Shown one piece after another: positions 10,162-21,717 of a stretch of 64,000 nucleotides of DNA. The translations under genes and the position numbers were made by a program. This DNA is from an uncultured Planctomycetota bacterium (lineage in GTDB: Bacteria; Planctomycetota; Planctomycetia; Isosphaerales; Isosphaeraceae). The stretch is from positions 800,001 to 864,000 of the forward strand of contig CAWGMQ010000003.1 in NCBI GenBank assembly GCA_963823665.1, read 5' to 3'. The first letter of the stretch is position 1, and the number at the start of each line of letters is the position of its first letter. The notes under the pieces were generated by a model. That model saw only the letters and a program-made list of their open reading frames with translations, was not told the DNA's origin and did no database searches.

Positions 10162-12452
10162 TCAATTAATATAAATGGTTTCGCTCATGCTCAAAAGCGC
10201 CTGACATAGATCGACCAAAGCTCGCCGCCCGGCATCGCTCTTGTTGTCCGCGGCATAGGTCGAGTGCTGGCGCGCCATGAAATCAAGCCCGAGGCGTATC
10301 TCTTGCGGGCTGGGCTCGCGGCCGAAACACAACTTGTACGCGTGCCGCAGCGGGCCGTCCGTGCCCGGCTCGCCGATCACCCGCGCTGCCAGGCCTTCAG
10401 CCGACGTTCGTCCGAGCGGGCTATTCATGAACAGAAGCGCCTGCGGAGCGGTGGTCGTCGACGCCCGCTGTCCGATGCTGACCAGGTGCTCCGGCCAGTC
10501 GAACAGCATCATTGACGGAATGAGCTGGCTCCGCTTGATGAAGAAGTAGACGCTGCGGCGCCGCATGTTCGGATCAAGCGTTCCCGCGCCGAACATCCTC
10601 GAATCGAGCTGCCCGGATAGTGCCAGCAAGTTATCGCGGATCGGCTCGGCCTCCAACCGCCGAGGCGTGTGCCGCCACAAGAGGACATTCTCGCGATCGA
10701 TCTTCGAGCGAGCTTCATCGGATCGGCAATCCTGCACATACACAGCGCTCGTCACGATCAGCCTGTGAACGCGCTTGAGGTTCCAGCCGTGCTGGACCAG
10801 GTCGGCCGCCAGCCATTCGAGCAATTCGGGATGCGAGGGGGCGTCACCCTGCTGGCCGAAATCGCCGGGCGTGGCGACGATTCCGCGACCGAAGTGATGC
10901 TGCCAGAGCCGGTTCACGATCACCCGCGCTGCCAGTGCCCCGGCCCCATCCGCGGTGTCGGTCATCCAGCGTGCCAGCGCGGCACGGCGCATGCTCGTGC
11001 GCGTCCATCCCGAGGGCGGAGTGACGTTCCAGTCTCTATCGGTATGCCCCGTGCGTTCGAGAACATGCAGGTAGCCCGGAACGGCCTCTCGTTGCTTTTG
11101 ATTGGCGTCCCCGCGAGCAAGGACGTACGTCTTGGGATAGAAGTGGGGAAACCCGCGTTCATCGGCGTGGTGTTTGGTGGGTGGAAGCCCCTCGCTCGTC
11201 ACCTGCACTTTCGTCGGCTTTGCGCCCGGTTGCATCACCAGATCGACCTCGTTACGAATGGCCGTCGTGAACACCGAGGCAAGCCGGTAATAATCGTCGG
11301 CGAGGATCGGATCGTATTTGTGGTCATGGCACCGCGCGCAGCCGATCGTCAGCCCGAGCATGGCGGTTCCGGTGGTGGCGACCATATCATCCAGCTCGTT
11401 GTACCGGGCCGATTCGAATTCGGCCTCCGTGAGCTGCGTCGGAAACGCGCCCGCACCCAGATATCCAGTGGCGGCCATTGCCAGCGGATCATCCGGCGCC
11501 AGTTCGTCGCCGGCGAGCTGCCAGCGCAAGAACTGGTCAAACGGCATGTCGTTGTTAAGGGCCTCGATCAGAAAATCACGGTAGTGAAAAGCGTACGGGC
11601 GATCGTAATCTTGCTCGTACCCGTGCGACTCCGCAAACCGCGCAACATCCATCCAGTGCCGCGCCCAGCGTTCGCCGTACTGTGGCGATGAAAGAAGCCG
11701 GTCGACCAGGCGATCGTAAGCGTCAGGCCGGTTGTCGGCCACAAAGGCGTCGACTTCTTCAGGCGTCGGGGGCAGCCCGATCAGATCGAATGAGACCCGG
11801 CGGATGAGCGTTCGACGCTCGGCCGGTGGGTTCGGCGAGATCCCTTTCGACTCGAGCTTTGCCAGGATGAACCGATCGATCGGCGTGCGCAACCACGACG
11901 CAAGTTTTGCCGAGACCGCCGGTGGCGAAGGCGCTCGAGACCGTGGAATGCCCAGTAATTGCGTGCCTCCTCGATTTCCTTGGCAGTTCTTGGAGCGGCG
12001 GTTTTTGCCGCTGTCGTGGAAGCGCTGAGCGGTTTGTCGTACGGGGCTCCCAGATCAATCCATCGCGCGATGTTCTCGATATCCGCATCGGCAAGCTTCG
12101 GCTTCTTCGACGGCATGTGGGGTTCTTCGGCGTGAGTAATCAATTTGTAGAGCTGGCACGCCTTGCCACCCCCCTCGATCACACCGCTGTCGACGAGTGG
12201 TTTGCGGTCCGAGAGATCAAAATCTGCCTTCTTGGCCTTCCCGCCGTGACACTCCAGGCATTGCGAAATCAAAACCGGCCGCACCCGCTCCTTGAAAAGG
12301 GCCAGCCCCTGAGCCATCTTCGCCGCATGATCCGGCGGCACGGACGTGGGTTTTTGCTGCGCCTGCGCGAAGGCGAACGAGGCATAAACCAGGCCAATCA
12401 CAAGAGCAACGACACTCGTTCCGAGGCGGTTCTTCGTCAGGACGGATTTCAC
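10162..12452 (-). CDS. Planctomycete cytochrome c + DUF1549 (PSCyt2) + DUF1553 (PSD1) protein; frameshift near 11945
   Basis: Signal peptide, CLECH, WIDLGA, YWAF, then PIDRFI, YGERWARHWMDVAR, CARCHDHK, NRLWQHHFGRG and QALLFMN. Confidence 0.88.
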
Positions 12453-12705
12453 TGGCGAGATTTCCTGATCATCATGTTCGGCAATAACGCGCGGGCGGTT
12501 GATTGCCACATTCGAGCAAACGAGAGCGCGGCACAACACAGAGAGATCGCCGGAGGTTTCCCGGTTTGGTCGAGACAGCTTCCACCTTATCGCGAGAAAG
12601 CTTTCTTCATGGCGGGGTACCCGTGGAGGACTCTATAATAACATAACCACGACCGGGCGTCGTCGGAACGCCAGCGAGGAGGGTCACATCGCGGATAATG
12701 ATCGA

Positions 12706-12948
12706 ATGTCGAGTAACCGCGAAGACCAACTGGTCGAGCCGGATGTTTTGACAGTCGCTTCGAACGCCCCGGTATCGGCTTATGATGAGTCCGACGTGAT
12801 GCTCGACCCGTGGATTGACCTGCCGCGGCCGACTCCGCTGTTGACGGTAGTGGGCGAATTCGGCCCCGTGCCGCTGCCGGATCCTCCCGAGATTCCCGAT
12901 GACGGTGACACTCGACGACGCTCCGCCGAGTTTGTCGAAGTGGGATGA
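12706..12948 (+). CDS. Small acidic/proline-rich hypothetical protein
   Basis: 80-codon ORF in an otherwise intergenic gap; no recognised motif. Confidence 0.35.
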   Translation: MSSNREDQLVEPDVLTVASNAPVSAYDESDVMLDPWIDLPRPTPLLTVVGEFGPVPLPDPPEIPDDGDTRRRSAEFVEVG

Positions 12949-13015
12949 GACCAACTGGAAATGGGAATAGCCAGCTTCCACGACCTTCGGGTCTAGCCGC
13001 CGGAGTCAACCGAAC

Positions 13016-13630
13016 ATGAATCTCGACGACTTTGATGAGGCTCTTGGCCGATGGGAGGCGAAATATGAGCAATGGGTAAAGCCCATTGATCAATTTCTCC
13101 AGGTCGCTTTCTTTAAGATCAACAAGGACGGATATTCTTTGACTGACTTCGAGCGGGAACACAAGGCGATAGCGGCTCGCCAGCGCAGCAAGTATGATCC
13201 CCAACCTGAAATCGCGGCAATCCTCGATCGGATGTGCTCAGAATACCTCAGTGCGACCCCGCAGGAACGTGAGCAATGCCGGTCGCTCGTTCGCGATCGG
13301 AAAGGCATTCTGGGCGCTCTCATGGGGCATGTGCATTCGGCAACCGAGCGGCTCGGCGCTACGAAGGACATCGATCATCTCCGTCTGGGCTTGGCCGCCG
13401 CCTCGATCGGGAATTGCGCCACGGATTATCGGGACGACCTCGTGGCTCTGGCTGACATCTGGTTGGCGGCGGAACGGGCAGGCTTTGACCCATCGCCACA
13501 CTTTCGGGATGTGGCGAAACTGTCCAGCGACGAAGTGCCTCAAGGAGGAACGACACCGGTTTCCGAGATGATGAACGACTTTCAGGATTACGCCATCTTG
13601 AGTGAGCGTCGAGCCGCAAAACGTGAGTAG
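13016..13630 (+). CDS. Hypothetical alpha-helical protein (204 aa)
   Basis: GGAG RBS before ATG, globular composition, fills the gap upstream of the oleA stop. Confidence 0.7.
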   Translation: MNLDDFDEALGRWEAKYEQWVKPIDQFLQVAFFKINKDGYSLTDFEREHKAIAARQRSKYDPQPEIAAILDRMCSEYLSATPQEREQCRSLVRDRKGILGALMGHVHSATERLGATKDIDHLRLGLAAASIGNCATDYRDDLVALADIWLAAERAGFDPSPHFRDVAKLSSDEVPQGGTTPVSEMMNDFQDYAILSERRAAKRE

Positions 13631-13736
13631 CCGCCAACAATTTCGGGCACAGTGAGGGACTCATCAATGCAGGTTCGCGCGGCCTTCAGTGGGTAAGGCG
13701 GCCGATCGCTGCTTCTTGCTGTCCCTTGCCTTCGCG

Positions 13737-14789
13737 TCACCACTCCAACCCCAACATCAAACAATTCAGCCCACTCCCAATCCCCAAAAACCCAACCCGG
13801 TCACCACGCTCCAGAAAGTCTCGCCCATCTGCCAGCGCAGCGGTTATCGGCAGCGCCACCGTCCCCGTGTTCCCCAGAAACGGATAGGTCGCGAAATCCT
13901 TTGACTCGGGGATCTCAAGCGCCTTCAGAATCGTCTCCCGATGCGCCGCACCCACCTGGTGGCAGATCACCTTGTCAACCTGCGACGCAGTCCAACTCAT
14001 GCGCTCCAGAAATGCATTCCACGTTTGAACGCCCAGCTCGATACCATTGGTCAACACAGCCGATGCATCCGTCGAAGTAAACTGCTGGAACTGATAACGA
14101 CCCGGCGGGCCTGTCTCCTCGATGCCCCAGCGGCACAGCCCGTGAAACGCCGACGCATTCCGCGTGACACCGCCCAGAAGCCGATGGCCTCTCTCCTGCG
14201 AGAATGAGCCATCCGTGAGCACGAGTGCGACCGCGCCCGAACCACCCGTTAACGTGGCCAGCGATAGCTTGAAAAAATCCATGCTGCGATCGGCCAGCAA
14301 CTGAGCGATCACGATTTCGTTGATCTCTCGCGCTGTCTCGCAGGCAACGACCATCCCCGCGCGGATCTGACCGACCTCGATCCGGTTCGCAATATCCACC
14401 AGGCCGTTCAAAACCCCAAGGCATGCGTTGCTCACATCATAGACCGCGGCTTCCGGACTGACCCCGACGAGCGACGCGACCCGGCACGCCGTCGCCGGCT
14501 CAAAATACTCGCGGCACACGCCGCCGTAGATCAACACCTCGAGCTGCCTCGCCTCGACGCTCGACGCCTCGAGCGCCCGCCGTGCCGCCGCAACCGCACC
14601 GTCTGAGATGCGGTAACCTTCCTCCCACCACCGCCGCTCGTTGATGCCCGTCAAGGCCTCGAGCTGGCCCTCACCCAGATGCAGCGCCGAATAAAGTCCC
14701 TCGAGCCGCCGCTCTAGCTCGAGCGACGACACCACGACCGGAGCAATCTCATAACCAATCGCGTCGATAAATACATTCGTATACTTCAT
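13737..14789 (-). CDS. oleA: Acyl-CoA:acyl-CoA alkyltransferase OleA (KAS III/thiolase family)
   Basis: LTGINERRWW, EPATA (catalytic Glu), NACLG (Cys), TLTGGSGA, CHQV, GNTG and GIGSGLNC. Confidence 0.93.
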   Translation of the reverse strand: MKYTNVFIDAIGYEIAPVVVSSLELERRLEGLYSALHLGEGQLEALTGINERRWWEEGYRISDGAVAAARRALEASSVEARQLEVLIYGGVCREYFEPATACRVASLVGVSPEAAVYDVSNACLGVLNGLVDIANRIEVGQIRAGMVVACETAREINEIVIAQLLADRSMDFFKLSLATLTGGSGAVALVLTDGSFSQERGHRLLGGVTRNASAFHGLCRWGIEETGPPGRYQFQQFTSTDASAVLTNGIELGVQTWNAFLERMSWTASQVDKVICHQVGAAHRETILKALEIPESKDFATYPFLGNTGTVALPITAALADGRDFLERGDRVGFLGIGSGLNCLMLGLEW

Positions 14790-14839
14790 GGACTCGCTTT
14801 TAACAAGTGAGGCGTTGCGGGACCTACGTGATTCCCGGA

Positions 14840-14871
14840 ACCCCCCCTACCCCCCCTTCGTAAGGGGGGGA
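14840..14871. repeat. C/G-rich REP-like hairpin, copy 1 (copy 2 at 50895-50927)
   Basis: ACCCCCCCTA-CCCCCCCTT-CGT-AAGGGGGGG-A, a 9-bp stem between pfaB/C and oleA. Confidence 0.6.
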
Positions 14872-14927
14872 GTTTGGGGTGGAATTCTGGCCCGGGTGCC
14901 GACACGTCGATATCGTATGGTGAAAGT

Positions 14928-17900
14928 CTAACCGGGCGAGAGCCCGATTGCGAAGTCGTGCATCTGATAGATGACCTTTCCGTCGACTTCGAGGTGGCCG
15001 TCGGCGAGGAGCCGCTTGAGACCGTCATCGCGCGCCTTGACCACAGCGTGCACCGTCACGCGATGATCCGTTGGCACAATCTGGCCCCGGTAAGTCCAGC
15101 GATGCGTCGCTCCAATCACAGGCGATTCAAATGCAGAGCCCTCGCTCACCCCCCAGCGCGAGGCCGCGATCAATTTCAAGAGCTGCATCATCGACTCAAG
15201 ACCCAGCGAGCCCGGCCAGACGGGGTCGTTCATGAAGTGCGCCGCGAAGAACCACGCCGCGGGATCCACCTCGCTGCTGCCGCGAATCAATCCCAGTCCG
15301 TGCGGCCCGCCGTCCGCGAGCATCTCCTCGACCTGATCAACCATCCGCCATCGTGAATCCGGAAACGGCCGCCGATCCGGAAAAACCGGCGATTCGGCTC
15401 GTGAGCGTTCCGCCTCGGTCATTCGATACAGCGCAGCGTCACGGATGCCCGCCTGGTCCTGCATCGCGCGAGGAGGAAAAAAGCCGAACTCCGCAGACCC
15501 GTCGTAGACCAGTCCCTCGGCTGACGCGATCGAGAAATCATACGATTGCAAGATCATGCCGGCTGCACTCGTAATCTTGGTGGCCTTCACCCGCGTGGTC
15601 AGCGTGCCGCTACGGCGAGTGACACTTCGGTGCAGCCGCGCCGTTCCGCCCAGGTTGCGGAACTGGAGGTCCTCCGGGCTGTTGAGCGCAGAGCCCATAT
15701 ACGCAGCCAGCCAGCCGCAGGGCTGAAGCGCGATTTCCAGTAGAATGGCCAGCGGCACCGCGTCTTGTCGATCGGCTTCGAAGAACCAGGCGTCCGGGTC
15801 AACGTCGTACTCGGCCACCGCGCTCGTGCCGGCTTCCATCATCCAAGGCCGTGCATCCGTGCTCATGATCCGGTGCACACACGCAAACGGAGGGGCCGGC
15901 AATCGAGCGAGAAAACGGCCGTTCTCGAACGGACGATAACGTTCTCCGAACGCTTCGACCGGCCTGCCGAGTGCAAACGCAAGAATCCGGTCGTGATCGA
16001 AGAACGCTGGTGTGCGCGCAACAGCGCGAACATCGACTCTCGCCGAACTACCCCAGAGCGCCTCCAGCTCCTCCCAGCTCGATCCGCTCAGTTGCAGCGA
16101 AATGCCGATCAACTCGACGATCGGCTTGCCTTCGACGACGACAAGCGCATCCGCGATCGCATAAGGCTCGGGACGATATCCTCGTTCCTTGACCGTTACC
16201 TCATAACTGACCTGCTTCGTCGATTCGACCACCTGCCCGCGGCACTTCAGCCGGATGGCCCCTCCTTTGACCGGCTCGTAGACGACACGATCGCGCCGGC
16301 CAACCCATCCCACCCCCATCATCAAAACCCGCAGCGCATCCAGGCAGCTCTGGTACATCAGTGTGCCGGGCATCACACGATCGTCCACGAAGTGGCAGAC
16401 AAGGAACCAATCGTCGGGATGAATGTCGGTCTCGGCACGGATGAACCCCAGTTCAAATGAGCCGCCCGCGGTCTCGAGGCTTGTCACGCGATGCAGAAGC
16501 CCCAGCCGGCCGCCGGCCAGCGGCAACAGATCATCGACGGCAAGGCGATCAAACGGTGGTCCGAACGCGCCGGCAAGATCGCCGCGGCGAAGCGATTCAA
16601 CCGCGTTCGCATCCAGCGCGGTTGTGATCGGTGGAACCAGGTCGGGCGCTTGTTCCTTCGTTCGTCCAGCTCGGGATTCGAAATCAATCGCATGCGGAAT
16701 GATCCCGCGGCCGGCCGCCAGCTCCTCCGCCGTGAAAAAGCCAGCGCAGCCGTCACGCATGGAAAGGAACGGTTCGCCGGCAACCGTCGCGTCGAGCCGG
16801 AACCGGAATAGAATCGTCTGCCCCTGACGGAAGAACTCATCAATGCGGATGTCGTACCGGATGACGTCGCCTTCGCGGGGCAACGCGCGATGAAACGTGA
16901 CGGTCGCATCAAGCAACCGGTAGACCGCCAGGCCCCGTGTCGCTAAATCGACGCCGAGGTATCCGCAGAGCAAGAGATCAGCCTGCCCCGCCTCGATCGC
17001 AATGCTGGGCACAATCCGTCCCGCGTCACAATACCACCCTTGCGGTCGCACGAGGTGCTCGGTGACGATCCGGCCCCCCTGCATCGATCGCGGAACACCC
17101 TCGATCGACAGAACCCGGTCAACGAGCATGAGCGGTTCGTCGGGCAGCCGCACCCGCGTTGGATATCCATCAACGGGCGCATATTCCTGCCCGAGCGCCG
17201 CCGCGATCCGTCCCACGGCAAACTCCAGGCAGGCGGGCCGTTCAAGCACGGGGCGTGGAGAGGAATGGTCCTCAGGCACCGCGCGCAGACGCTCGGCTCC
17301 CGCACAGTGCTCGATCAGCTCGAGCTCGAATGCAACTTGCTTCGCGATGAGCGCCGTCGACTCCGCTGAAACACTCAAGAACGCGCGATGCGCCTCGGCA
17401 GTCGCCCGCTCGGCGTCGAACATCGCCCGCGCGACTCCTGATCGCTCCAGCCGCTCCGGTGCGACGATGAATCGCTCGCCTCGATCAACCGACCGACCAG
17501 TCGCAGCCGCCGATTCGACCTGAGCCGGCATCGCCGGCACATCGAACCCCGAGCCTCGGACCTTGACGCAAACCTTGGAACGACTCGAACGCTCGGGCGG
17601 CGAAGATGACTCTGCGCGCGACTCCTTCCCATAAATCCCTGCCAGGCTCACCGGAACTCCCTCGGCAATCAGCCGGGCCGCGACGTCCATGATCGCCAGA
17701 ATCGGGTCACCCTCGGACCTGCAAGCCGAGCAAGCCAGATGCGGCCGGGAGCACAGAATCTGGCCGATCAACCTCGTGCATGAGCTGCCAGGGCCCGCTT
17801 CCACGAACACCCGAACACCGTCTTCGTAGGCCCGTTCGATGAGCGCGGGGAAATCGATCATGCCGGATGCTTGTGCGGCAATGGCTTCCGCAGCAGAACG

Positions 17901-20900
17901 GCGATCGACGGCATAACGGCGGGCGGAGACTCCGCTATAGAACGCAATTCCTTCCGGCGCCGCCGTCTCGACATCGTGAAGCGCCAGATACTCTCGCTCG
18001 ACCGATTTGCCGATCGAGCAGTGCACCGTGCTGACGGTCGACAATTCAAAGAACGAACAATTGAGTTTTCCTACAACATCTTCGACGGCGCGCCGCGAAC
18101 CGCCGATCACGGTTTCATCCGCCGTGTTCTTGATCAGAATCTCAACGCGCCTCTTGCCACTGATCGCCGCGCGCACGCGCTCGACCGAACACGGAACAAT
18201 GCCGGCGACCCAGTCCACACGCGCGTCAGCGGGTATCCCCCAGACGCGCCGAGCCGCGTTGCACGGGCCAGCCAGCTCGGTCTGAAACAACGGCGACGAC
18301 CGGAGCCGATGCAACATGTCGTCACGCAAGTTCCAGGCGCGCAACGCAAGCAGTGCGGTCGTCTCACCCAAGCTGTAGCCGATCGCGGCCTGCGGCAGCA
18401 CACCCAGAGCACGGAGCACATCCGTGACGAAACAACCGAGGGAAACGCTGCCGAGAATCGGTACGAGGTGGCTGTCAAACGCATGCGGCGCATCATCGGC
18501 CCACCACACCCGCGGGTCGAGCTGATCGCGGAGAAACGCGTTCTCGACGTCCAGCGTACGAAGCACCTCCGGCCACACCAGCGACAGGCCGCGACCCATG
18601 CCCGGAAACTGGTTTCCCAGGCCGGGGTAAACGAAGGCCAGCCGTTTCGGACCGGAAGGAATCGCCCGTCGTAAGTAAATCCGGTTCGATTCGCCCGAGG
18701 CCTGCGGGCGCGTGTGCGATTGGCCGCCGCGGGCGCGTTCGAGAGCCTCATCGAGCAGGCTCCGGAGCGTTTCCACCCCATCGGCAATGACTGCCAATCC
18801 GTGAGCAAGCGTGTTGTCGTCGCGATTGGCTCGCCACCACGCTCGTGCGAGTTGATCGATGCCGCCCGGCCATTCACCGCTCGCGAGAGCCGCCAGCCTC
18901 TTGATCTGCACAAAGAGCGCTGACCGATCCCCAGCTTGAATCGCGAAGAGACCCGGCCGCCGGCCCGCCGGATCGAATCGTCGGACCGCGAGCGAATCCG
19001 CGGCCGGATCGGCGTCAAGTTCCTCGAGAACGACACGCTGGCAGTTTCCGCCGAGGCTCGAGGCAACCACCGCCGCTCGCCGTGCCCCTTCCGAGCGGTT
19101 TCTCATCCAGAATTGTGATCCCTCTGGTAGAAAGACGGAACTCTTGATCGCGCCCGAATTGCCAAGCCAGTCGGGGCAAGCCCTGAGGCCGGGAATGATC
19201 TGTTCGCTCAGGCAAATCGCGGCCTTCGCCACCGCCGCCAGGCCCGACGCCGCTCCGGCTGCCCCGAGATCGCCTTCAATCGAACCCAGCGCGAATGTAT
19301 CTGCCGTCCCCGAACGCGTGCACTTCTTGATCGCCGCGCGGATGCCGCGCTCTTGCCCCGGTGCAAGCGCACCAGCCGACTGCAAATCGACATATCCGCT
19401 CGGCCCTTGCTCGCGAAGCTGTTCACACAGGTCCCAGCCGCCGTCTGTGCTTGTCAACACGGCATAGACACGATCGCCGTGACGGCGGGCATCCTCGAGC
19501 CTCTTCAGCAGGAGCGCCACGGCGCCGTCACACGGCGATCCCGTGCTCTCGCTCATCCAGCCCGATCGAGCCGCGAGCTCTCGCCTGGCCAGGACCGCAC
19601 GCAGATCGCCCGCCAGATCGACTGCACCGACGATCGCCGCATCCAGCTCGCGGCGCCTTAGCCACGACGCCGCGATCGCCAGGGCCTGCATGCCCGATGT
19701 TTCGTCGCAAGACACCGTGAAGCTCGGCCCGCCGATCCGAAGCTCGCGTGCGATCCGGCTGGCGACCATGCCTCCGAGTGAGCCGATCGTCCGGTTGGCC
19801 GAGAGAGCGGGGCCAGCCGCGCTCTTCAGCTCGGCGATCCAGTGTTCCAGCTCATCGCGCGAAAGCCCAAGCGCGAGCCTGTCATTCCATTGCCGCGCCT
19901 GCGCAGCGAGCGACCACCGCAAGTGATAGTTGGTCGTGCTCGAGGTCCAGCCCGATCCCGATCAAAACGCACGTTGAAAGCGCGAGCCGCTCGTCCCATC
20001 GCGCGTCCCCCGCCGCCTCGGCCGCAACCTTCAGCATGAGCGACTGCTGAGGAAGCATCTCGCCGAGCTCCCTGGGCGGAATGCGAAACTGATCGACCGG
20101 GAACTCGAGCTCGTCGATGAACAGGCCGTCGAATCGCCGTTTGCTCGCGGCATGAGCGCGATACCACGGCGTGTCAGGAATTCCCCACCAGCCGGATGGA
20201 GGCGTCGATACGGTCTCTCGATCGCCGCTCAACACGTGCTGCCGGAACTGCGATAATCCGTCGATCGACCCGAACCGCGCACCAATGCCCACGATCGCGA
20301 TGGGTGCGTCGACTGGCGCAGCACGTGTCTTCGCAGTGCGGGGTCGTTCTCGCGAGCTGGTCCATTCTTCAATCAGCACATGCGCATTGATGCCGCCGAA
20401 ACCGAAGCCGCTGACAGCCGCACGGCGCGGCTCCCCTGCCCTACGCTCCGGCCACGGCTCTGCCCGGGAGAGCACGCGAAACGGGCTTTCTTCCAGGCCG
20501 AGCTTGGGCGCGGGGCTCTCGAAGTTTGCCGTGGGCGGCAATACCCGGTGCTCCAGAGCCAGCAAGACCTTGAGCAATCCAGCCGCACCGGCAGCCGTCG
20601 AGCGCATGCCCGATGTTGGATTTGACCGAGCCAATCGCACACTGGCCCGCGCGCCGGGGCCCTCCCCCCAGAGCGCTCTGAGGCTCTCGACTTCCACCGC
20701 ATCGCCGACTGCTGCGCCGGTGGCGTGGCATTCGACCAGATCAACTTCGCGAGGGCTCCAGCCCGCCTTCTCATAGGCTTGCCGCATCGCGCGAAGCTGG
20801 CCTTCGCTGCTCGGTGCCAGCAAGTCGCCCCGGCAGTCGTTCGAGAGCCCGGCAGCCACGACAAGAGCGTAGATCCGGTCGCCGTGATCGAGAGCATCCG

Positions 20901-21714
20901 CGAGCCGCTTGAGCACGAACATCCCCGCCCCCTCACCGGCGACCAGCCCGTCGGCGCTCCGGTCAAATGGAGCCGGCCGGCCCCGCGCCGAAAGCGCGCG
21001 GAGCTGCGAGAAACCCATCTGGATGTAAAGTGCATCCGGCCGCGACACGCCACCGCAAAGGATGGCGTCTGCTCTTCCGGAGCGCAGCTCATCCATCGCC
21101 AGCGCGATCGAATAAAGCGACGTTGCACACGCCGCGTCCAGGGTGTATGCCGGCCCACTCAATCCCAGTGCGCGGGCAACAAACGCCGCGGGCAATCCCG
21201 CGGGAAACACGTTCGCGGGCTCAATCTCACCGGGCATCTGTGACGGCAGCCCGAGCTTCTCTTCGAATGCGGTGGCAAGCACGTCGCGCGACCAGGCGGA
21301 GAGCGTCTGGACGGGGAGCACAATGTTTCCGAGGATCACGCCCGCTCGATGGCCGTCGATGCGATCGGTTACCGCATCAGCCCACGCGGCGCGCGCCACG
21401 TGGAGCGCAAGCTGAAACACGGGGTCCAGCGTGGATACCGCGATGCCGTCGATCTTCAGATCGCCCGGATCGAAGCGTTCCGACGGTACAAACCCACCGC
21501 GCGTCGAATACACCCGATCGGCCTGAGCGATCCGGGAATCAAATGCCTCGGCGGGGTCGATCTGCCAGCGGCCGGCGGGCACTTCACTCGTCGAATCCAC
21601 GCCATTGCGGATGTTGTCCCAGAATTCCTCGAGTGTCGCACTCCCGGGAAAGAGCCCGGCGAAGCCCACTATGGCGATCGCCGCGTCGCTTGGCACGGAT
21701 GACTCAGGCGGCAT
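14928..21714 (-). CDS. pfaC: PUFA synthase PfaB/C-type subunit: KS - CLF - AT - FabA-like DH domains; frameshift at ~19941 plus a compensating pair at ~20600-20650
   Basis: KS DAACATS and ECHATG, with GSVKSNIGH in a shifted frame; CLF lacks the Cys (SCDETSG); AT YPGLGNQ and GYSLG; DH motifs WFLVCHFVDDRVMPG and WFFAAHFMNDPVWPGSLG. Confidence 0.88.
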
Positions 21715-21717
21715 AAC

